From the IMG/VR virus record IMGVR_UViG_3300038463_000401: a stretch of DNA of 64,000 nt; one strand, written 5' to 3'. Of the stretch, positions 59,401-64,000 are shown piece by piece; position 1 is the first letter of the stretch, and every line of letters starts with the position of its first letter. Under the pieces are notes generated by a model. It searched no databases, was not told the origin of the DNA, and was given only the letters and a program-made list of their open reading frames with translations. Source of the DNA: a virus. The position numbers and the translations under genes are program-made.

Positions 59401-62070
59401 CATCTGCCCGCATTCTTCTTATCGGCGCCTAAAGAATTTCAGCTTGGAATGCTTGCGGGGTTAATGGATAGCGATGGCTCAATCAGTGTAAGCCATGGCA
59501 AGAAAACCCCCCAGCTCGGAGTCCAATACTCTAGCAGCAGCCTACGTCTTCTCCAAGAGATTCAGCTGCTAACTAGAGCCTTAGGTATCAAATCTAGGAT
59601 TACACCGTTTAAAACCCCGGCTGGAGAGCCTTTCTGGTATTTAAGCTTTTCCACGCCAGATGCTAAAACTTGGAACGGGCGCGGCATGGTTCATCCTGCG
59701 AAGGTAGGAAACCTGCACAATACCTTTGTCGATGCGGAATCCAATGTGGTTGCCCGTTACGATATTGTGCCGATCTCTTCAAGTCTTGCTAGCCTTATGC
59801 GCAAAATATTGGGAGCACCGAGAGATGCCAGCCATGAGCATAAGTGCATCTACGCCATTCTTTCCAAGTCTCTGACATCGGGGAGTCTAAGCAGGCAGAC
59901 GGCTAAAAGGCTCTTCAACTATTTAGACCGCGCAAAGGTTTGCGACCACCCTGACTTAAAGGTGTGGGAGGGGATCGTCGAAAATGAGGATATCGCGTGG
60001 GATCAAGTAGAGGGGTTTGAACGGTCCCACATCAGGGAAGACGGCTACGACCTGACAGTCCCGGGCTTTGAAACCTTTATGAGTGTTGAAGGAATCATCC
60101 TCTCCAACACTATGACCGTGCATGTACCCATTAGCGAGGACGCTAACCAAGAGGCGGCTAAGCTTCTGCCATCAAGGAACCTTTTTCAACCTGGGACGGG
60201 GCGCCTCATGGTAGCCCCGTCCCAAGAGGCCCAGGTGGGCCTCTTTTACCTATCAAAGGCGCCGGCCGGCAAAGCGATCCTGGCCAAGATCATCGGCCCG
60301 AAATTTGAGTTACCTCAAATATTCGATAAGAAGGCTACCGGCGCTTTGCTGCAAAGCATGGCCAAAGGCATGACCGCGCCGGAGTTCTCCACCGCGGTCG
60401 CCGCGCTTAAGCACGCCGGCGAGACCCACGCCTACGACTCGGGGTTCACCCTCGGTATCGACGACCTGATCGGCATCCGCAAGGACCGCGACGCCATCGT
60501 GGCGGCGGCGACCACTCAGGCGGGCAAAGCCAAAGACGAGGCCGGTGTTGCCGCTGTGAACAAGTCCGCAACTGCCCTTATTGACAAGGCAATAGACAAA
60601 CGACTGAAGGGCACGAATAACCCCCTCTATGACATGGTAGAATCAGGAGCGCGCGGCGATCGGTCGCAGCTGCGAAGCATCATAGCGACCCCGCTCTTCA
60701 TGACCGACGCCCACGGCGGTACCGTCCGGACACCGATCAAGCGCTCCTATAGCGAAGGGCTCGACGTAGGGGATTACTGGACCAGCATGTACGGCGCCCG
60801 CACGGGGGCAATGGCCCGCTCGATCCAGTCAAGCCTGCCAGGCGCGTTCAACAAAGACGTTATGGCTACGACGATCGACAACGTAATCACGGCCAACGAC
60901 TGCGGGACAAAGGATGGCGTCACCCTTCCGATCACGGATACAGCTGATATCCTGGATCGCTATACAGCCGGTGGCGTTCTTGGCCAGCCGTACAACGCCT
61001 TGGTCGATCAGCGACTTCTGGCATCGCTTAGGGCGAGCGGGGCCAAAACCATCAAAGTCAGATCTCCGCTCACTTGCCACCGGCCGAAAGGAATCTGCGC
61101 ACACTGCCACGGACTCGACGCCCACAGCAAGCTCCCAGAAATCGGAGACAACGTAGGCGCGGTGGCCGGGCAGACGATCAGCGAACCACTCATTCAAATC
61201 GTCATGAATGCTAGGCACACTGGCGGCGTGGCCGGCGCAAAGGGCTCTTCTCAGGGTGGTTACCAGAGGATAGACCAACTACTAAAATTGCCAAAGATAG
61301 TAGTTGGTGCGGCAGCCTTGGCCCCCAAGGCCGGCACGGTCAAGAAGATCGAGAAGGGCTTGGCTGGAGGCTTCAACGTTACGGTTGGCGAGACTGTCAA
61401 CCACGTTGAGAGCGGGCTGGCCTTGAAGATCAAGGTCGGCGATCACGTCGCGGCAGGTGACGCGCTCTCGGATGGGGTTTTAAAACCCCAAGACCTAGTG
61501 CGCTTCAAGGGCATGCAGCCGGCGCAGCAGTACATCGTCGACGAGCTCCACAAGGCCTACCACGCTGAAGGCGTGCCGATCGCCAAGCGGATCTTTGAGA
61601 CCGTGGTGCGGTCGCTAGGGAACACCACCACTGTTTTGAATAATTCAAAAGATAGCGGGCACCTTCCCGGAGACACCGCGCCTTACACGGTCGTCCAGGA
61701 TTTCAACCGCAACCTGATCACAGGTGTACCGCTGGACGAGGCCGATGGGATGACGCTCGCCGAGGGCGTAGGGGGACTTCGGACAGGGCACGTCCTGACG
61801 CCAGATGATCTTAAATTGCTACGCGTTAAGGGCGTCGTCCAAGTCAAGATCAGCCGAGACCCGATCGTGCACGCGCCGTTCCTCAAGGGCATTACGACGC
61901 TGCCGCTTCTAAAGAAGGACTGGATGAGCGCGCTCGGCTACCGTTACCTTGCGAAGTCCCTCACTGAAGGCGCGTCGCAAGGCTGGAAGACCGACGTGGC
62001 CGCAGAGCACCCGATACCCGCGCTCGCACATGCAGCATCGTTTGGTCAGGGCAAGGGAGGGAAGTACTGA
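53422..62070 (+). CDS. rpoBC: Fused multisubunit RNA polymerase beta-beta' (RpoB-RpoC-like) with two intein-like insertions
   Basis: Beta motifs YIVNGNEYQV, REIHPSHYG..PIHTPE, LIPFLP...NRSMM, GLNFED, GDKLSGRYGNKG, LLNPHG; beta' motifs PILPP.YRP, LLNRAPSLH, NADFDGD, SGARG, DCGT, CAHC, GQTISEP, MNARHTGG. No stop at the junction (about 57382). Confidence 0.97.
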   Translation: MRNFDPTQQFAAIKKSATDAVKEIFPVEGKLRTIRLVDVTVNDTLDPTDYKSQVQSKEREGTWGAPVMAELELVDKTTNKVIDKAKVKLFTLPKLTNRFSYIVNGNEYQVHNQLRLKSGVYTLRKQNGELKTQVNLAKGKNFDLAFNERTGLFTIQKVGGGQANIPLYPVLTHLGISPTGIATAWGSQLQQANSKADPKAVARTESAFGIKPGELKDYLAKTVLNPETTKTVLGQSYERVDGPLLLAAAKDLLQVHLGQKEPTDRDSLAFKELHSVEDFIHERIQKNKQPLAFKLRRNVDNLKRDKLSQIVNPGAFQSTVEGFFTQDDKSATPEQTNPVEMLAGQYMTTIMGSGGIGSDHAVTAGMREIHPSHYGFMDPIHTPECYDPETEVLTQEGWKKWPDVTKKDLFACRIDGELQFHKAEALHRSHYEGTMYGAQTGKLDYLVTPNHRMLVRPLDSKLNAWRIASAEEIHRKPRTFCTTHEPFKGNSDFTRYAFQYVPGSNSMVHTESVDIGDWCEFMGWFLAEGSTHISSKVSDYRVHIFQSKEANPESCARIERLLNRLPWTWSFSSGNAYTICGKELVCQLNGQGYCDTKFIPTELLSAPVAARTRMLEALLRGDGRIDSVRATGVRYKQQVFTTTSKRLAEGFEQLAIGLGYSVRTGQYKDKREERYLDTYEVRLLQRLTRSARKHNNRRKSCDYFTTQYCGEVHCATVPGGLLFVRRNGSVPIWLGNSSRVGVNMHLPMGIQKDGKDLKMTVLRPDGRTSTTINPTEAYEARVAFPGQMPGDSPTVKVQYRGKSIVVPRGTVDYYTPAPSALFSWSTNLIPFLPSTQGNRSMMASKMIEQAIALKHREAPLIQVESKPGSSFEENIGNSLAILAPADGVIKKVTKDALVLRTSEGDKIFNLYNNFTLNRKSFMNHEPLVKVGDRVKKGQVLADSNFTKGGTLALGTNMRVAYLPYKGLNFEDGIVITESAADKLTSEHIHKKSKDLSDANILGLSAFRSFYPNTLSAQNMAKLDEQGIIKKGQTVRHGEALAAILQRRGASPMISVVNRALSERPKDASMYWTLEDDGQVIDVQKTPTGVTVCVKTEERARIGDKLSGRYGNKGIITKILADKEAPRDASGKPVEILLNPHGVITRINVSQIYESATSKAALKAGKPIRVSNFDGGNNLDLTKGIIDKAGTPDKEELFDPTTGKSLGKVHVGNPYILKLFKQGTVNFSVRQGGPGNPYDATNRQPLKAGGEEGAKAMDVLTTYAMLAHGARANLREMGTIKSDQNDEFWKALKSGQPLPPPKSPFVYDKFMGYLRAAGIDVKKDGSKLTLAPLTDKQVLKQSSGEIKNIQFYRGKGEGEKEPMKGGFFDKTLTGGYKGEKWNHIELHEPVVNPVFEVAVSKLTGLGKKYDDVVAGKLHLDPKTGLFNTEGKGLTGGRAVEHLLKQIDVDAEMKSQLRIASKATGAALDDANKRMRYLTALKVNGLSPAEAYIRKSVPILPPAYRPIYPLPDGSMGSSDINYLYQHAGVLNTMAKLPVMDLLAEEEKAGIRSDVNQSVKAIAGLTDLAIKGRTREGFISEIKGGTGGQPKEGFFISKMISKKQDFVGRGTIIPEPDLGIDEMAMPEEMAWKLFEPFVIRELKNHGKNPLQAQDEIKNKTPLAKRALDIVMAQRHVLLNRAPSLHKFSIMAFRPKITAGRALKIPPLVCKGFNADFDGDDQQNLIATFVTNEGISNLLKIVKPSFVTERIMTARFKVQLPTMNHKGEILLFNLEDFPHGELLGSKEGEKGRIDFYRALPGFHVVAHDAVTGRLDWKPVFGWSKHYQREVEVVTLASGQQIITDDDPRAIYGIARGSLEFSRFRPKDATGVFVPRASRITLDGAPIYNAVPFGDKELQPLNEDFGYFVGCLVSNGWVEHHLEKPTGRVFLAAKTEEVSRKYLRIVKELFGDRHICRQERGEPGPDDNFYGEAVKHSFMYHDLAEAIAAWIGCGARNKHLPAFFLSAPKEFQLGMLAGLMDSDGSISVSHGKKTPQLGVQYSSSSLRLLQEIQLLTRALGIKSRITPFKTPAGEPFWYLSFSTPDAKTWNGRGMVHPAKVGNLHNTFVDAESNVVARYDIVPISSSLASLMRKILGAPRDASHEHKCIYAILSKSLTSGSLSRQTAKRLFNYLDRAKVCDHPDLKVWEGIVENEDIAWDQVEGFERSHIREDGYDLTVPGFETFMSVEGIILSNTMTVHVPISEDANQEAAKLLPSRNLFQPGTGRLMVAPSQEAQVGLFYLSKAPAGKAILAKIIGPKFELPQIFDKKATGALLQSMAKGMTAPEFSTAVAALKHAGETHAYDSGFTLGIDDLIGIRKDRDAIVAAATTQAGKAKDEAGVAAVNKSATALIDKAIDKRLKGTNNPLYDMVESGARGDRSQLRSIIATPLFMTDAHGGTVRTPIKRSYSEGLDVGDYWTSMYGARTGAMARSIQSSLPGAFNKDVMATTIDNVITANDCGTKDGVTLPITDTADILDRYTAGGVLGQPYNALVDQRLLASLRASGAKTIKVRSPLTCHRPKGICAHCHGLDAHSKLPEIGDNVGAVAGQTISEPLIQIVMNARHTGGVAGAKGSSQGGYQRIDQLLKLPKIVVGAAALAPKAGTVKKIEKGLAGGFNVTVGETVNHVESGLALKIKVGDHVAAGDALSDGVLKPQDLVRFKGMQPAQQYIVDELHKAYHAEGVPIAKRIFETVVRSLGNTTTVLNNSKDSGHLPGDTAPYTVVQDFNRNLITGVPLDEADGMTLAEGVGGLRTGHVLTPDDLKLLRVKGVVQVKISRDPIVHAPFLKGITTLPLLKKDWMSALGYRYLAKSLTEGASQGWKTDVAAEHPIPALAHAASFGQGKGGKY
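54574..55629 (+). mobile_element. Intein 1 (352 aa, LAGLIDADG-type endonuclease) in the beta part
   Basis: Starts CYDPETEVLT, block B VTPNH, ends WLGN with Ser+1; removal restores IHTPE-SSRVGV, matching IETPE-GPNIGL of RpoB. Confidence 0.93.
58570..60108 (+). mobile_element. Intein-like insertion 2 (513 aa, LAGLIDADG endonuclease) directly after NADFDGD
   Basis: Removal gives NADFDGD-TMTVHVP (RpoC NADFDGD-QMAVHVP); GYDLTV block F, IILSN/T end, GYFVGCLVSNG and LAGLMDSDG motifs; first residue is Asp. Confidence 0.88.
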
Positions 62071-63101
62071 TGACTGCCTTCTGGGACGGCTTCGAAAAGC
62101 GCGGCTCGCTTCAGAAAGAGGCGATCTTCGGCGCGCTCGGCGCCCACCTTGCTCAGAACGTCCTCATGCAAAAACTCATTCGCAGTAAGCGGTTTGGCGG
62201 CTCTCTCGCAGGAGAGTTTCAGCACGGGCTCGCTGGCAGAAGTCCAGGCAGGATCAGCCAATTCATTAGAGGCATGGCCACTGGCGCAACCGCCCCAGAG
62301 ATAAAAATGATGAAGGATCACGCCAGAGAAATGGGCGGGCATGTCGCTCAGTCTCTTAGAGAGCAGGGCGTCACGCACCTCAAGCCGCAGGATATCTCCC
62401 TCGCCAGAAGTCTGACCCAGGGCCGGTTTAGCCGCCTCCTTGACCCGAAGCACTTCCAGGCAGATAACCCAACCCATCAAGCCATCCTAAATGTGGCAAA
62501 CAAGCATCTTGGCACAGGGATCACACCAGAGCTGCTACGCTCGTCACCAGAGCAACTGAAGCCGCATCTCGGCCGGCTGGAAGAAGCCTGGCGCAGCAAG
62601 AAGTCCCCAGTAACATCTAATCTGTTCTCCCAGCTCACGAAGAATCCAGGCAAGCCTGGGTTCATACCGAGAGCTCAGATGGCGAACGTAGCCCATGAGG
62701 TCGGGAATAAGCCGATAGACCTGCGGCACAAGTCTGGTCTTGCTGGTGGGCTCGTTGGCTCCGCAGCAACTGGGGTTATAGATCCGGCTACCGGTGCGCT
62801 AAACGCAAGCAAGATCATGACGACCAACCCGGCAGGCAGAGCGCTAGTCTCTCAAGCACCCCTGGGGCAAAAGGCCCTAGTAGCCGCGGATAAGCATTTC
62901 TTCACGCAGCCCATACAGAATGCCGCTCAACAGGGCCTCAGCGGGCAGAGGACCAGTCCGATACGGCACGCCGTCAATAGCCTCGGCCTAAATGCGGCCA
63001 CCGCAGAAATGGCACACTCTGCTAACCAGCTCGGCGCTGCGGCGTCGAATGTCGCCCCCAGACCGCTTATGCTCAAACGAGCGCTAGAGGAGGGGTACTG
63101 A
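62070..63101 (+). CDS. Putative head-internal protein starting with FWDGFEKR motif
   Basis: MTAFWDGFEKRGSLQKEA; coupled to the RNAP stop; glycine-zipper segment GLAGGLVGSAATG. Confidence 0.6.
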   Translation: MTAFWDGFEKRGSLQKEAIFGALGAHLAQNVLMQKLIRSKRFGGSLAGEFQHGLAGRSPGRISQFIRGMATGATAPEIKMMKDHAREMGGHVAQSLREQGVTHLKPQDISLARSLTQGRFSRLLDPKHFQADNPTHQAILNVANKHLGTGITPELLRSSPEQLKPHLGRLEEAWRSKKSPVTSNLFSQLTKNPGKPGFIPRAQMANVAHEVGNKPIDLRHKSGLAGGLVGSAATGVIDPATGALNASKIMTTNPAGRALVSQAPLGQKALVAADKHFFTQPIQNAAQQGLSGQRTSPIRHAVNSLGLNAATAEMAHSANQLGAAASNVAPRPLMLKRALEEGY

Positions 63102-63361
63102 TGGCCGGCGCAGCCCCAATCCTCATCGGAGGTACCTTCACCCCAACCTGGCACGTGCCCAGCTGCCCGTGCGATAGTTGTATTGCTACGCGCAAGACCC
63201 TAGACGGTCTTGGGGAGTTCCTAAAGGAACTGGAGAAGGACCCTGCCAAGAAGGCAGAGTGGCAGGCCAAGGTTCACGCTCGCTTGGATAAGCACAGACG
63301 AACTAAACCCGTAAAGCTACAGCCACGTAACTGCGATTGTTGCCACTGCAGGAGATACTAA
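63101..63361 (+). CDS. Small Cys-rich protein
   Basis: CPCDSC and CDCCHC clusters; coupled on both sides. Confidence 0.55.
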   Translation: MAGAAPILIGGTFTPTWHVPSCPCDSCIATRKTLDGLGEFLKELEKDPAKKAEWQAKVHARLDKHRRTKPVKLQPRNCDCCHCRRY

Positions 63362-64000
63362 TGTCACCAAGTGAAGAAATCAAAGCACGCTGGGCACTAC
63401 TTAAACGCGACCGCGCACCATCCCCAGAGATGATGGCTGGCGAGAAGACTGCTAAAGAGCTGACCTCCAAGTCCAGGGGCAACCTACCGGACAGCGCGTT
63501 CGTCTTCCCCAAGGAACGAAAATTTCCGATACACGACGAAGCCCACGCCAGAAACGCTTTAGCCCGTGCTCACTTCGCTTCTGATCCAGCGAAGGTCAGG
63601 GCGGCTGTGCACGCGCGTTACCCCGGCATCCAAGAGAAGGTTGCAAGCGTTGCCAAAGGCCTCCTCTCCGGCCTCCTAGGCGTCAGCGACTTCACCCCGA
63701 CAGTTCTATCCCGCCAGGCGGGCAAGGGCATCCGTCGCGCAGTCGTCCCCGTCGGAGCGGCCGGCGGTGCCGCGGCCCTCGTCAAGAAGCAAGAGCAGGA
63801 TGAAGACGACCAGGAGCCGGCCAAGGAGGCGGGCGTGCGCGACAACCTCCACCTCGGCCTTCTTGGCCTTGGTACGGTCGGAGCGCTTTCCAGTGCGCAT
63901 TCCGCGCATCGCGCCGCGACCACTCGCGAGAAGGAATACAAGCAAAAGTACGAGAAGACGGCGATGTGGGACGGGTTCGACAAAGAGGCGACCGTCTTCA
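63361..64000 (+). CDS. Partial ORF (runs off right edge): KxA-segmented protein with RKFPIHDEAHARNALAR domain
   Basis: Not in the ORF track. Manual translation open from ATG 63361 to the window end; EKTA, EKVA, AKEA, EKTAMWDGFDKEA. Confidence 0.8.
   Translation, partial: MSPSEEIKARWALLKRDRAPSPEMMAGEKTAKELTSKSRGNLPDSAFVFPKERKFPIHDEAHARNALARAHFASDPAKVRAAVHARYPGIQEKVASVAKGLLSGLLGVSDFTPTVLSRQAGKGIRRAVVPVGAAGGAAALVKKQEQDEDDQEPAKEAGVRDNLHLGLLGLGTVGALSSAHSAHRAATTREKEYKQKYEKTAMWDGFDKEATVF

Noticed and set aside
58570-60108. Insertion 2 as a group I intron or a class 3 intein
   Set aside because: It is fully in frame with an intein-type C-terminus (GYDLTV...SN/T), which argues against an intron, though RNA splicing was not tested. 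Block F has Asp, not the Cys needed for class 3.
53422-62070. Interpretation as a host chromosomal rpoBC or a giant eukaryotic-virus RNAP
   Set aside because: No ribosomal-protein operon context, strongly reduced and diverged sequence, bacterial-type motifs, and phage structural neighbours with Shine-Dalgarno sites.
1-64000. Stop-codon reassignment
   Set aside because: Genes tile tightly under the standard code, and TAA, TAG and TGA all end genes with coupled downstream starts.
1-64000. tRNA, rRNA, integrase, terminase, major capsid or sheath genes
   Set aside because: None recognised by eye; tRNAscan-SE and HMM searches would be needed to exclude divergent copies, especially among the hypothetical proteins.

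Overview
This window is part of a large tailed-phage genome (myovirus-like, probably jumbo). It has Shine-Dalgarno-led, tightly tiled genes and no recognisable bacterial housekeeping genes. Main blocks: (1) minus-strand SNF2-like helicase and Cys-rich genes (1-3166). (2) A plus-strand contractile-tail module: tail assembly chaperones with a -1 frameshift, tape measure, lytic transglycosylase, hub, gp25-like, baseplate J-like, wedge and fibre genes, with a sigma-70-family factor inside it (3230-29703). (3) A cluster of fibre/adhesin-like proteins that unexpectedly carry Sec or lipoprotein signal peptides, plus a GIY-YIG endonuclease and a patatin (29711-47744). (4) A portal-like gene (49633-51621). 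(5) A single 2882-aa ORF encoding a fused, bacterial-type RNA polymerase beta-beta' with two intein-like insertions (53422-62070). Strongest leads: the second insertion sits directly after the catalytic NADFDGD motif yet lacks an N-terminal nucleophile and the block-B TxxH; a recurrent FWxGFxKxA peptide with KxA sites marks several probable head-internal proteins; a CARG-N3-CTTATACC motif precedes the rightward gene at all three divergent junctions (candidate phage-sigma promoter); and eight fibre-region proteins have export signals. No major capsid, terminase, sheath, integrase, tRNA or CRISPR array was recognised. All family assignments come from motif recognition by eye, not database searches.
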